Shown one piece after another: positions 1-9,421 of a stretch of 64,000 nucleotides of DNA; the first letter of the stretch is position 1; the number at the start of each line of letters is the position of its first letter. Under the pieces are notes generated by a model, which was not told the origin of the DNA, searched no databases, and saw nothing but the letters and a program-made list of their open reading frames with translations. The DNA lies in IMG/VR virus record IMGVR_UViG_3300046332_000238, positions 40,720 to 104,719 of that record, one strand, 5' to 3'. The stretch is from a virus. A program made the position numbers and the translations under genes.

Positions 1-70
1 TATGTAAAGAAGGTGCTAGTAAACTGGGTATTAATGTTAGTCGTTATCGCTGTATTAGATTGGAAACTCA

Positions 71-313
71 ATGAAAACAAATGATATTAAAAAAGGTATG
101 CGTATTCAAATGGCAAACGGTTGGAAAGGCACCATGATGGATAATGGTCGTGGTAATACCCGTATGGCAGAGATTGAAGGGTTTGAAACGGAGATTGGTT
201 CCGTATATGCTCATGACATTATGTGGGTTGTGGTAGATAATAAGGCAGTAAAGGTCGAGCATACTGATAAACAGTTGCAATTAAAAGAACAAATTAATAC
301 CATGTTTGCATAA
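71..313 (+). CDS. hypothetical phage protein
   Basis: 80-aa ORF, co-oriented with the early cluster. Confidence 0.7.
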   Translation: MKTNDIKKGMRIQMANGWKGTMMDNGRGNTRMAEIEGFETEIGSVYAHDIMWVVVDNKAVKVEHTDKQLQLKEQINTMFA

Positions 314-351
314 AATTAAGAATAAAAAGATAAGAAATAAGAATAATAATC

Positions 352-403
352 TGTTGTTTTTTGGCAACACCACGGTTGACAATAGGAATCCAGACTGTAT
401 AAT
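352..403 (+). promoter_or_regulatory. early sigma70-type promoter with upstream TGTTG-N8-CAACA palindrome
   Basis: TGTTG 352-356, CAACA 365-369, TTGACA 376-381, 16-nt spacer, TATAAT 398-403; AAGGAG RBS downstream. Confidence 0.8.
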
Positions 404-436
404 GGTTGTATTGAATCGATAAACAAGGAGAAATAT

Positions 437-1276
437 ATGCCCCGTGGCGTCCCTAAAGCAGGTTTCCGTATGACCAAGAACCAAAAGAATGGTCCTGTTA
501 CTGTTATTAAGAACAAAGAACCAGTGCCTATGGTTGAGTCCCGATTCTCTATTAATGAGCGTTTCGGGTTCGTATCTGATATGGTTCAGATGCTCGCAAA
601 AGGCGACCAAGCGTCTGTGGTCGTTACAGGACCTGGTGGTCTGGGTAAGTCCCATACTGTCACCAAGGCATTAATTGCTTCTGGTCTGACCGATGTTTCA
701 TTGGTCGAGGATATGGAAGTTGGTGATGCTGTTAATACCAAGAAAACCTTCCGTTCTATTAAGGGTTATTCTACTCCAAAAGGTCTGTACAGGACTTTAT
801 ATGAGAACCGCAATTCAGTTATTGTGTTTGATGATTGCGATTCTGTATTAAAGGATGCGGTATCTCTTAATCTGTTAAAAGGTGCTCTTGATTCTTATTC
901 ACGCCGTATTATCTCATGGCGTGCAGATTTTAAAGATGATGAATTGCCACAGTCATTTGAATTTAAAGGTCGAGTTGTTTTTATCTCGAATATGTCCTCT
1001 AATCAATTAGATCAAGCAATTCTGACCCGTTCAATGGCTGTTGACCTGTCAATGACCACTAAACAGAAAATCGAGCGTATGTGGTTTCTGTTAGACCAGA
1101 AAGAATTTATGCCTGAATTTACTGAAGCACAGAAGGTAGATGCTATGGTCTTGATTGAGAACCTGCAAGATGAAGTTAAGGAATTGTCCTTGAGAACATT
1201 AATTCAGGTAACAAAGATTCGCAAGAGTGCAGGTAAAAACTGGAAGAATCTTGCTGAATACACGATTGTTGGTTAA
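437..1276 (+). CDS. P-loop AAA-type ATPase
   Basis: Walker A GPGGLGKS, Walker B VIVFDDCD, strong RBS. Confidence 0.85.
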   Translation: MPRGVPKAGFRMTKNQKNGPVTVIKNKEPVPMVESRFSINERFGFVSDMVQMLAKGDQASVVVTGPGGLGKSHTVTKALIASGLTDVSLVEDMEVGDAVNTKKTFRSIKGYSTPKGLYRTLYENRNSVIVFDDCDSVLKDAVSLNLLKGALDSYSRRIISWRADFKDDELPQSFEFKGRVVFISNMSSNQLDQAILTRSMAVDLSMTTKQKIERMWFLLDQKEFMPEFTEAQKVDAMVLIENLQDEVKELSLRTLIQVTKIRKSAGKNWKNLAEYTIVG

Positions 1277-1317
1277 TCAGGTAAACATTAATTTTAAACT
1301 TTAAGGTAAAATATATT

Positions 1318-1689
1318 ATGAGCTTCGCACTTGAGATTGCATCCTTAGCCTTGAAACAAGGCACACCAATTACTATTAATGCTGATGGTTCTATGACCAT
1401 TGGTCAATCAGAGGTTAAAACAGTTAAAACGATTAAGACAACCAAGACCAAAAAAGAACCTGAATATTTGTCTGATAGTGTTAATGATTTATATCATGGT
1501 TCAGTTGCAGAACAGGTGCGTAGCAATTTTAAAACCTTAGGCACTGAAGCTGTTGTTGCTGCACATAATCCAAGTTCAATTCGTAAAGCATTTAATGTAA
1601 TGGGATTTGGTTGCAAATTAAGCGAAACAGATAAACCTTTTTTATTCTTGTGTAAACGTACTCGCCGAAATAAACGCAAAGGTGTTTAA
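1318..1689 (+). CDS. hypothetical protein
   Basis: 123-aa ORF with AAGGT RBS. Confidence 0.7.
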   Translation: MSFALEIASLALKQGTPITINADGSMTIGQSEVKTVKTIKTTKTKKEPEYLSDSVNDLYHGSVAEQVRSNFKTLGTEAVVAAHNPSSIRKAFNVMGFGCKLSETDKPFLFLCKRTRRNKRKGV

Positions 1690-1698
1690 AGGATTAAT

Positions 1699-2184
1699 AT
1701 GACAAGATGGATTGAAAATGTAAGCAGAGATGATGTGCGCCATGGCTGGCATACTGAGATGGGTATAAACTCCATGTTGATCCAGATTGGTGACCCTGCA
1801 AGCATTTTCCCTAAACCAGAAAAACATTTTAAAGAGGTGCATCAATTCGAATTTCTGGATGCGGAAGATGGTGATAATTTTGATGATGGTGCCAAAATCT
1901 CCGATGAACAAGCACAGCAATTGGTTACACTGCTGCAGCACGCTCGGGATAATTCAATGAATGTTTTGGTACATTGCCATGCAGGTATTTGCCGGTCTGG
2001 TGCTGTGGTTGAAGTCGGTACAATCCTTGGGTTTACACCCACGGAAAGATTTCGCTTGCCTAATCTGCGAGTAAAGCATAAAATGATGAAGGCATTGGGA
2101 TTAACCTATGATGCCAATGAAAAATCAGAACCAGTTAATATATCAACGACTGGTTCTGTTTTTATTTTACCTAATTGGAGTTGA
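1699..2184 (+). CDS. protein-tyrosine/dual-specificity phosphatase-like protein
   Basis: HCxxGxxRS signature (VHCHAGICRS). Confidence 0.85.
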   Translation: MTRWIENVSRDDVRHGWHTEMGINSMLIQIGDPASIFPKPEKHFKEVHQFEFLDAEDGDNFDDGAKISDEQAQQLVTLLQHARDNSMNVLVHCHAGICRSGAVVEVGTILGFTPTERFRLPNLRVKHKMMKALGLTYDANEKSEPVNISTTGSVFILPNWS

Positions 2185-2185
2185 T

Positions 2186-2314
2186 GTGTTATTTTATCTT
2201 ATTGGTCTAATACAAGGACTCACGATTGGTTACCTGTGGTTTGCACCAGAAGATGAATTTAAACGTGGCTTCATTGATGGACTGACCATGAAATTTATAT
2301 GGGGTAAAAAATGA
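2186..2314 (+). CDS. small membrane protein
   Basis: GTG start after GGAG; hydrophobic N-terminus; frame of track ORF 2108..2314. Confidence 0.55.
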   Translation: MLFYLIGLIQGLTIGYLWFAPEDEFKRGFIDGLTMKFIWGKK

Positions 2315-2892
2315 CTAAAAACGAAGCAATGCAAATGGCGTTTGAAACGCTTTGGAAGTCTTTTAACGTCGAGGCTACTAGGGGTGACTTGCTAAAAGCA
2401 ATCAAAATACTTGAATCATCATTAGTGCAGCCTGAGCCAAAGCCGTTTGGTTATTTTTGTGAATGGTCAAATGGTACTCAACATTTATATACTGACGGTA
2501 TCGGTAGTGCAATTGAAGATGATTGGAATCAATATCCGGAAGTTCATGAGAATTTACCACTTTACAACGCACCACCAAAGAAAGAATGTGTAGGATTGAC
2601 TGAACCTGAACCGTTTGGTATTTGGCATCAGGGTGACACAGATGAAGAAAGCGATTTCTTTCTTTACAAAGATGCTGGCGACGTAGCATGTGAAACTTGC
2701 GTGAAACTTTACACCGCACCACCCAAGCGAGACTGGCAAGAACTGACCGATAAAGAAATATATAAACTGCGTGATGTGTGGATAGGTCGTTCGGCAAAAG
2801 AAAAAGAAATGTTGCGCGATTATTACGAACTGAATTTTAAAAAAATGATTAAGTTTATTCAAATAATTTTAAAAGAAAGAAACAATGGATGA
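2311..2892 (+). CDS. hypothetical protein with repeated LY.APPK..W..LT modules
   Basis: two internal copies (LYNAPPKKECVGLT, LYTAPPKRDWQELT). Confidence 0.75.
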   Translation: MTKNEAMQMAFETLWKSFNVEATRGDLLKAIKILESSLVQPEPKPFGYFCEWSNGTQHLYTDGIGSAIEDDWNQYPEVHENLPLYNAPPKKECVGLTEPEPFGIWHQGDTDEESDFFLYKDAGDVACETCVKLYTAPPKRDWQELTDKEIYKLRDVWIGRSAKEKEMLRDYYELNFKKMIKFIQIILKERNNG

Positions 2893-3064
2893 CGTACTAG
2901 GTGGATTGTTTATATCAGTTGCAACCGGATTTGCAGTGGTTGGTATATTTTTTACTTTCGGAGATGTGCGAACATTTGATGATATTATTAAAGATTGCAA
3001 AGAACAAGGTTACGTTCAAAATAACAAAGCACGAGTTCTGTGCAGTATAGAGGTGAAGAAATGA
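2885..3064 (+). CDS. small membrane protein (59 aa, not in track)
   Basis: MDDVLGGLFISVATGFAVVGIFFTFG...; fills the gap and overlaps both neighbours. Confidence 0.65.
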   Translation: MDDVLGGLFISVATGFAVVGIFFTFGDVRTFDDIIKDCKEQGYVQNNKARVLCSIEVKK

Positions 3065-3321
3065 CTAAAAATGAAACAATCCAGTTGGCATTAGAAGCAT
3101 TGGAAATGTTGAAAGCGGAATTTCGTGCATTGGATTTACCTTATGGTAGTAAAGCGTACACAAAAGCTTTTGATGTTAGTCATGTATTACGCGAAGCATT
3201 AACACAGCCTGAACGATACCTAACACTTACTAAAGATGCTAATGGAGAATTGGTGATGGTGTCTTGGCAAGATGAAGATCATCAATTGCTTGAGGTTTTA
3301 TGGGAGAAAAAACATGGTTGA
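3061..3321 (+). CDS. hypothetical protein, N-terminus paralogous to ORF 2311
   Basis: MTKNETIQLALEAL vs MTKNEAMQMAFETL. Confidence 0.7.
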   Translation: MTKNETIQLALEALEMLKAEFRALDLPYGSKAYTKAFDVSHVLREALTQPERYLTLTKDANGELVMVSWQDEDHQLLEVLWEKKHG

Positions 3322-3532
3322 AGGTTTAATTGAAGTATGTATCGGATTTTCTTTTCTCTGTGGGTTGATAGTTGGATTCAACATGTACAGAAATAATGTA
3401 AGAAAAGTAGAACTCACGGATGAAGAAATTTGGGTTATTAAAATGAGTGGTAGAGATTTAGAATCCGTCTCGCGTATAGCTTTGTTACGGTTTGCGCGTA
3501 GGGTTGAAGCCAAGCTAAAGGAAAAGCGATGA
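3314..3532 (+). CDS. hypothetical membrane-anchored protein
   Basis: GGAG RBS, TM segment, LTDEEI...FAR.VEAKLKEK tail. Confidence 0.65.
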   Translation: MVEGLIEVCIGFSFLCGLIVGFNMYRNNVRKVELTDEEIWVIKMSGRDLESVSRIALLRFARRVEAKLKEKR

Positions 3533-3711
3533 CTAACAAATTTGCATTGAATAAAATGTTGATGGCATTGTTAGGTTCACAGGAGTTTGTTGATCGTTGG
3601 TGGCAGAGTCCAAACTATGCGTTTGAAATGAAAACACCTGATGATGTGTATCTATCTGGGTTGCAAGGACGCCGCGAAGTTACCGGTTATGTTCTTTCAC
3701 ATTTGGAATAA
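3529..3711 (+). CDS. MbcA/ParS/Xre antitoxin C-terminal-like protein
   Basis: RWWQSPNYAFEMKTP resembles the W...PN.A...TP motif of the DUF2384 domain. Confidence 0.55.
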   Translation: MTNKFALNKMLMALLGSQEFVDRWWQSPNYAFEMKTPDDVYLSGLQGRREVTGYVLSHLE

Positions 3712-3713
3712 GA

Positions 3714-3902
3714 ATGGCAACAGAGCCAAAAAAGAAAAGAGTTAAAAAAGTAGAAGAACCAGAAATGAAGTTCTTTACTTGCATTGGTTGTAATCAAAAG
3801 AAATTTGATTGGAATGAACAATGCACTGGCATACCAACAACAAAATGCCTATGGTGTTCCAAGTATCCAAAAGAAAAGAAACGGGTGATTAAAGATGAGT
3901 GA
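3714..3902 (+). CDS. small Zn-finger-like protein
   Basis: CxxC...CxxC. Confidence 0.6.
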   Translation: MATEPKKKRVKKVEEPEMKFFTCIGCNQKKFDWNEQCTGIPTTKCLWCSKYPKEKKRVIKDE

Positions 3903-4227
3903 ATATAATCCACATAGATGGTTAGTTATAAAGTTGACCACTAGTGGTGTGACACACTATCGGGTGTTCGCTTCTTGGTATGGTGGTTACACTGGTTCAG
4001 ATTCATGGAAAATGAATTCCGGTATTGTTTCTGTTACAGAAGATGATGATTTTTATTTCTTTACAGGTAGTTCTGGTTCAGTGTATAACTGCAATAAACA
4101 ATCACAAGGCATTAGTGGTTACGGTTCAGGCGTGTTGAATGATTTTATTAAACATGCTGTTGACCAAGGCACAGTGATTGAAATACTTCCTGAAGATGTG
4201 AATTTGATGGAGTTGGTGTATGAATGA
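3895..4227 (+). CDS. conserved phage hypothetical protein
   Basis: W.GGY.GSDSW.MNSGI motif typical of T4-like accessory ORFs. Confidence 0.75.
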   Translation: MSEYNPHRWLVIKLTTSGVTHYRVFASWYGGYTGSDSWKMNSGIVSVTEDDDFYFFTGSSGSVYNCNKQSQGISGYGSGVLNDFIKHAVDQGTVIEILPEDVNLMELVYE

Positions 4228-4597
4228 ACAAATTAAATCAGGTGCAGATCACCATGCAGGTACTGGTTACTCTGAGAGCACCAAAGAAAAGTATCGGGCT
4301 GCTGTAGAAGAACGTATTAAGACCATAGAGAATAATATTAAGATACAAACAAAATCCAGAATTGATAAACTTGCCATAGAAGCAGGTTTCGAGTATAATC
4401 CAAGTGATTGTAATTTTTATGTGAACGATTCAGTACAATACATCAACAAAGAAATCAATAGACTAATAGAATTGGTTGTGTTAGAATGTTGTTACCTTAT
4501 CGAAAAAGAAGGCATGAATATGATGCCAGGTTATCTTATGCGTTTGACTGTACCCACTGAAATTGATTTAATTAAAAAACATTTTGGAATAAAATGA
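4220..4597 (+). CDS. hypothetical protein (MNEQIK family)
   Basis: overlapping start/stop with neighbours; shares GYSESTKEKY with ORF 5131. Confidence 0.7.
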   Translation: MNEQIKSGADHHAGTGYSESTKEKYRAAVEERIKTIENNIKIQTKSRIDKLAIEAGFEYNPSDCNFYVNDSVQYINKEINRLIELVVLECCYLIEKEGMNMMPGYLMRLTVPTEIDLIKKHFGIK

Positions 4598-4923
4598 GTA
4601 TCTTAATGAATTTGTTGACTGAAGAACCTGTTGATTTTAAATCAAAGATTCGCCAACGTAGATCACAAATGCTTATCCATTCTTGCCTCTACTATGAAAT
4701 GGATGAATCCATTGTTTCTGACCACGAATGGCAGGCATGGGCAGATGAACTAGAACAATTACAAACAAATAATCCAGAGCAATGCAAGATTGACTTTTTT
4801 GATTTTGAATTCAGAGATTGGACTGGTGCAACCGGCAACCATTTACCTTTGCGTGACCCATGGGTTTCTGCAAAGGCAAAACAAATATTAAGAATACACA
4901 ATGAGAAAATGGCAAGAGTTTGA
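4594..4923 (+). CDS. stand-alone NAD-dependent DNA ligase domain-Ia-like protein
   Basis: LYYEMDESIVSDHEWQAWADELEQL resembles LigA YY..D.P..SD.EYD.L..EL..L. Confidence 0.6.
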   Translation: MSILMNLLTEEPVDFKSKIRQRRSQMLIHSCLYYEMDESIVSDHEWQAWADELEQLQTNNPEQCKIDFFDFEFRDWTGATGNHLPLRDPWVSAKAKQILRIHNEKMARV

Positions 4924-5128
4924 AAACAAAACACATTATTATTACAATGATGAAGATGGTCTGATAATAGGACAAATTCATAAATTTGGTAATTCGATGA
5001 TGGTGTACACTGCATCAGTAAAACCAGATAATGTCGATCAAATTCTAGGACAATTTATCAGTGGTGATTTTGCAAAAAAGTCTGTTGAAAAATATTGGGA
5101 TATTCAAGATCGAACATTGTTGGAGTGA
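4901..5128 (+). CDS. hypothetical protein
   Basis: 75-aa ORF in operon. Confidence 0.65.
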   Translation: MRKWQEFENKTHYYYNDEDGLIIGQIHKFGNSMMVYTASVKPDNVDQILGQFISGDFAKKSVEKYWDIQDRTLLE

Positions 5129-5130
5129 AT

Positions 5131-5517
5131 ATGAACGAACAAATTAAAGAACTTGCTGAAGAAGCTGGATGGGATAATCACCACTCACAATTTGATACTA
5201 GGATTGAAAAGTTTGCTGAGTTGATTATCAAAGAATGTTATGAACAATGTAAAGGTCAAATGCTTTCTAACGAAATAACAGAAACATGTGATTTAACTTA
5301 CAATGATGGTGTAATGGACTGTGCTATTGGTTTACTGCAACATTTCGGTATTGGTAAATTATCGGGCAATAATCTAAACAAAGTTATCACTGATGGTGCA
5401 GAACAAATGTCAGATAAAGGCTACAGTGAAAGCACCAAAGAAAAGTATAATGAGGCAGTTAAACAACGGGAAGAATCACTGAGAAACCGTAGTACATATT
5501 TTGGTAATGATGTATGA
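5131..5517 (+). CDS. hypothetical protein (MNEQIK family)
   Basis: GGAG RBS; MNEQIKELAEEAG...EKFAELIIKEC. Confidence 0.7.
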   Translation: MNEQIKELAEEAGWDNHHSQFDTRIEKFAELIIKECYEQCKGQMLSNEITETCDLTYNDGVMDCAIGLLQHFGIGKLSGNNLNKVITDGAEQMSDKGYSESTKEKYNEAVKQREESLRNRSTYFGNDV

Positions 5518-5738
5518 AATATCGCATAAAAGAACACCGAAACGGTAGTGTTAGTAAATATTATACTGTAGAATTCTTAAAGAAAAACTTATTGTGGGGT
5601 GAGTCTTGGCGGGTTGAGAGCAAATATGTTGTACCAAAAATATATCTTCCGATTAGATTTGTTTCATTATCAGAAGCACAAGAATATATTAATGCACAAA
5701 CAATTATTTGTTGTATTGTTGAAGAAGGTGATGTATAA
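5514..5738 (+). CDS. hypothetical protein
   Basis: 74-aa ORF, ATGA overlap. Confidence 0.65.
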   Translation: MKYRIKEHRNGSVSKYYTVEFLKKNLLWGESWRVESKYVVPKIYLPIRFVSLSEAQEYINAQTIICCIVEEGDV

Positions 5739-5775
5739 TGAACGAACGAATTAAAAAATTTGGGGAGAATAAAGA

Positions 5776-6207
5776 ATGACTAAAAAGTTTGTTCGACCAA
5801 CCAAAGAAGAATCAGCAGCAAGATTGGCTGCTGATATTGCTGCCAGCAAGAAAATATATGATGCCTTCATTGGTCATGATATGTTGGACGATGATGGTTA
5901 TCCTACTGATGAAGCCATGCACATCATTGAATCATGGCACTGGACTGATCCAAAAGGTTGGTTTGATTTCATCAACAGCATCTGGCATCTGAAATCCTGG
6001 GGCTGGGGTGAAGGTGAAACTAATCATGAATACCGAAAAGATAAAAAGGTGTATCGCTATGACGTTTCAACTGCTGGTTGGAGTGGCAATGAGACCATCA
6101 TCCAGTATATGAAAAGAAATGACATGATGTGGCACCTCAATTGGGTACAATCGCGCCGTGGCGGACATTACATTTTTGAACTATATGAATTTAAGGATGA
6201 TGAATAA
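5776..6207 (+). CDS. conserved phage hypothetical protein
   Basis: STAGWSGNE...W..SRRGGHY motif. Confidence 0.75.
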   Translation: MTKKFVRPTKEESAARLAADIAASKKIYDAFIGHDMLDDDGYPTDEAMHIIESWHWTDPKGWFDFINSIWHLKSWGWGEGETNHEYRKDKKVYRYDVSTAGWSGNETIIQYMKRNDMMWHLNWVQSRRGGHYIFELYEFKDDE

Positions 6208-6323
6208 TGAGTGATATTCTAGTTATAGTGATGTTAGTATTCTTATTTTATGGTGAACCTGATGTATGGGATAAGTTGCATGATCGTGCGATGGCTGCGG
6301 CCAGTGTCGAATGTAGTAAATAA
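6207..6323 (+). CDS. small membrane protein (38 aa, not in track)
   Basis: TAATG coupling; MSDILVIVMLVFLFYGEPDVWD. Confidence 0.55.
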   Translation: MSDILVIVMLVFLFYGEPDVWDKLHDRAMAAASVECSK

Positions 6324-6338
6324 TTTAAAAGGAAAAAA

Positions 6339-6584
6339 ATGACTGAAATGACTGTTGATACACCTGAACTGAGTATGCAAAAATTGCTTGATGCTTTTTG
6401 TTATGTAACATATTGTAAAGCAAATGGTAAACCATATAAAGATTCGATTGCATATTGCCAAATTCTTGACCGTGGATGTGAACTACATAATTTTGAAGAA
6501 GTGCAAGTTAAACACCGCAAAGCACAAATGCAAGTTGTTGTTTGTGAGACACTATATCCGGAGTTGAAAAACAAAAATATTTAA
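6339..6584 (+). CDS. hypothetical protein
   Basis: AAGGA RBS, 81 aa. Confidence 0.7.
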   Translation: MTEMTVDTPELSMQKLLDAFCYVTYCKANGKPYKDSIAYCQILDRGCELHNFEEVQVKHRKAQMQVVVCETLYPELKNKNI

Positions 6585-6595
6585 CAGGAGATTTT

Positions 6596-6865
6596 ATGAG
6601 CACAGAAGAAGATAAAGAACGGCATTCTAAACGGTTACTCCAAAAAGAAAACCATATTAATCGTCAAATGAAAATAAGAAAGGCTCATAAGTTTACACAA
6701 GACATTAACAATGAAATTCCACACAAGTATCATAAAGTAAGTGGTACAACCTGTGGGGTTTCGAATTGTGTAATGTGCGGTAATCCAAGAAAAACTTGGA
6801 ATGAAAGTACAATTCAAGAAAAAAGTTTCGACCAAACCAAACAATGGGTGGAAGAAGAAATTTAA
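6596..6865 (+). CDS. conserved phage hypothetical protein
   Basis: CG..NC.MCGNPRK motif, AGGAG RBS. Confidence 0.75.
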   Translation: MSTEEDKERHSKRLLQKENHINRQMKIRKAHKFTQDINNEIPHKYHKVSGTTCGVSNCVMCGNPRKTWNESTIQEKSFDQTKQWVEEEI

Positions 6866-6866
6866 C

Positions 6867-6918
6867 TGTTGTTTTCTGGCAACACCATAGTTGCCAATTG
6901 CCACGACACCTGTATAAT
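6867..6918 (+). promoter_or_regulatory. early promoter with TGTTG-N8-CAACA palindrome
   Basis: TGTTG 6867-6871, CAACA 6880-6884, TTGCCA 6891-6896, 16 nt, TATAAT 6913-6918. Confidence 0.8.
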
Positions 6919-6950
6919 GGTCTCTATTGAATTGATAAGGAGACAACAGG

Positions 6951-7148
6951 ATGTCGTGGAATCTCGAAGGTAAAAAAGTTTCTGGTAAGTATCTGGGTGA
7001 ATTCCCGTTCACTGGAACAGTCACCTCCACCCGCATTAAGTATGGCGGTAAAGTCACCAATACAATACAGCTGGACACTCCCCTGGTGGTTTATGGTGCA
7101 GACCGTGATGTTATCCTCATGGATTCTGATGAACTGGTTGTGTTGTAG
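6951..7148 (+). CDS. small hypothetical protein in its own promoter cassette
   Basis: AAGGAG RBS; flanked by two copies of the early promoter. Confidence 0.75.
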   Translation: MSWNLEGKKVSGKYLGEFPFTGTVTSTRIKYGGKVTNTIQLDTPLVVYGADRDVILMDSDELVVL

Positions 7149-7191
7149 GAAAACAACACACTGTTGCCATTTGCCACAATGCCTGTATAAT
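7141..7191 (+). promoter_or_regulatory. early promoter with TGTTG-N8-CAACA palindrome
   Basis: TGTTG 7141-7145, CAACA 7154-7158, TTGCCA 7164-7169, 16 nt, TATAAT 7186-7191. Confidence 0.8.
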
Positions 7192-7222
7192 GGTTTGTAT
7201 TGATTGATGAGGAGACTATATT

Positions 7223-9421
7223 ATGATTCTGAATAACACCCCGCAAAACGAAGCAGTCCTGTCCAATGTAGGTCAAATTGGCGAATTCAAAATCCGCAAT
7301 TCTGCGAAGGCTTTTAACATTCTATCCAGTGGTCTTTATGCAAATAAGATTCGCGCTGTGATTCGAGAATTGTCCTGTAATGCTGTTGACAGCCATGCTG
7401 CTGCAGGTAACATGGACACACCTTTTACGGTTCACCTGCCAACCACACTAGAACCATGGTTCTCAGTGCGGGACTTTGGTACGGGTCTGAACCACGATCA
7501 GGTAACAAATATTTACACCACTTATTTTGAATCTACTAAAACCAATTCCAATGATTTCATTGGTGCATTGGGTCTTGGTTCAAAATCTCCATTCTCTTAT
7601 ACTGATAACTTTACTGTTACTGCCATTCAAGATGGCGTAGAGCGTATTTACTCCGCATTTATTAATGATGAGGGTGTTCCTTCTATTGTTAAGATGGGTG
7701 AAGAATCTACTGTAAACGAAAATGGTGTGGAGATTAAATTCTCTGTGAATGAACGATATGATTTTAGTAAATTCATTTCAGAAGCACAGGTTGTTTACCA
7801 GTATTTTGCATTGAAGCCTACTGTTATTGGTGTAACCCATTTTGAATTTTCTGAAGTGCAGTATGAATTCAAGGATATTATTCCTGGTGTTCATTCTCGT
7901 GCTACCGATTTTAGCAGAACCTCATCTGTTGCTGTCATGGGTAACATTGCATATCCAATTAATATTCCTGCATCTAATACTGAATTGGGTAATCTTCGTT
8001 CATTGTTGGATTGCAACCTTGTAATGTACTTTGGTATTGGTGAGTTGGACTTTCAGGCATCACGCGAAGGTCTATCATATATTCCACAAACAATTGAATC
8101 AATTAAACGCAAACTGGAAACAGTGAATGGTCAATTGACTGTTCGCTTGGCTGAAGAAGCAAATAAGATTGCCAATAAGTGGGAACGATCCATTTTTCTG
8201 TATAGTAAAGCACGTACCGATCTGTGGAAAAATTCGGTGCTTCAGTATGTAAAAGATACGGCATTTGAATTGGTTGAATTGTCCAATACAGGTTATTCAA
8301 CCAGTCGATATCGTTTTGAATTGATTTGTTCTGACCTTGCAAGTAAATTTAATGTCAAGTTGCGTGGTTTTAATATTCACCGTGGATCAACTACCTGTTC
8401 CATGATTAAGACTGACCATAAGAATTTTGGTTTGCTTGATAATGATGGTTATAGTGTTCGTCAGGAATATATTGATCTGCCTGTTGATGTGTCTGTTAGT
8501 TTGGTTATTAATGATACCAAGCTTGGTGTAACAGAACGTGCCAAATACCATTGGAGAAATAAAACCAGTAATAACAAATATTCTGAGAATGTTTTTGTTG
8601 TTGAGGTTGCAGACAAAACAAAACCAATTAAGGTTAAAGAATTCTTGGAATCGATTGGTAATCCACCAGAATCAAATATTATTCTTGCTAGTACATTGGA
8701 TACAAAGGATCGTGTATCATCAGGTAAAGCTTTAGGTAAAAATATTTCATTGCTTCGAATGGAAGAGCGAGGAGGACCTAGGCATCATTCTAGTTCCAAT
8801 CAATTGGTGTGGCGTGAAGCACCCAATCTAGGTGAACTGGATGATACACAAACCTATTACTATATTCCGTTGTCCGGTTTTGTTCCTGAGTTTACAACAC
8901 GAAGCAGTCTTTCAGCACAGGAAGTTGTCCGATTACTCAATGCATCTGATGTGCCTGAACTGAATATACATGTTTATGGTGTTCGTAAAACAAATATTGA
9001 AACGGTTAAGGGACTGCCAAACTGGAAGAACCTTGAGGAATATCTGTTGTCTCTGATGGATAAACTTCAGGATGTTGAACGGGTTGCTTCTTCTCTTAAT
9101 TCTATTGATAAGAATGCCGTTTCCATGTTTGATTTTTCGGTAATCTCTAAACAGATTGATGCGAAAAGTCCTATGGCAATCCTGATGGAGAAATTCAATA
9201 ACTTGCCAAGATGCGGTAATTGGCGTACAATACACCAATTGGTAGAAATGTTTGTGAAAGAACGTAAGGTATATACTACCGACCTCGCAAAAGAGTTTAA
9301 TGATGAGTTTACAAAAATGAATGAACGATACCCATTGATTGCTGTGATGGATACATATCGTGCATCAAGTGATGATGTTTCAAATTATATTAATTTAGTT
9401 GACCAAGTGAAAGGCATTTAA
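7223..9421 (+). CDS. rIIA: RIIA protein (N-terminal GHKL/HATPase domain)
   Basis: LYANKIRAVIRELSCNAVD, DFGTGL, GALGLGSKSPF; upstream of rIIB. Confidence 0.9.
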   Translation: MILNNTPQNEAVLSNVGQIGEFKIRNSAKAFNILSSGLYANKIRAVIRELSCNAVDSHAAAGNMDTPFTVHLPTTLEPWFSVRDFGTGLNHDQVTNIYTTYFESTKTNSNDFIGALGLGSKSPFSYTDNFTVTAIQDGVERIYSAFINDEGVPSIVKMGEESTVNENGVEIKFSVNERYDFSKFISEAQVVYQYFALKPTVIGVTHFEFSEVQYEFKDIIPGVHSRATDFSRTSSVAVMGNIAYPINIPASNTELGNLRSLLDCNLVMYFGIGELDFQASREGLSYIPQTIESIKRKLETVNGQLTVRLAEEANKIANKWERSIFLYSKARTDLWKNSVLQYVKDTAFELVELSNTGYSTSRYRFELICSDLASKFNVKLRGFNIHRGSTTCSMIKTDHKNFGLLDNDGYSVRQEYIDLPVDVSVSLVINDTKLGVTERAKYHWRNKTSNNKYSENVFVVEVADKTKPIKVKEFLESIGNPPESNIILASTLDTKDRVSSGKALGKNISLLRMEERGGPRHHSSSNQLVWREAPNLGELDDTQTYYYIPLSGFVPEFTTRSSLSAQEVVRLLNASDVPELNIHVYGVRKTNIETVKGLPNWKNLEEYLLSLMDKLQDVERVASSLNSIDKNAVSMFDFSVISKQIDAKSPMAILMEKFNNLPRCGNWRTIHQLVEMFVKERKVYTTDLAKEFNDEFTKMNERYPLIAVMDTYRASSDDVSNYINLVDQVKGI

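Noticed and set aside
352-369. LexA SOS box
   Set aside because: TGTTG-N8-CAACA does not match CTGT-N8-ACAG or the GTTC-N7-GTTC direct repeat
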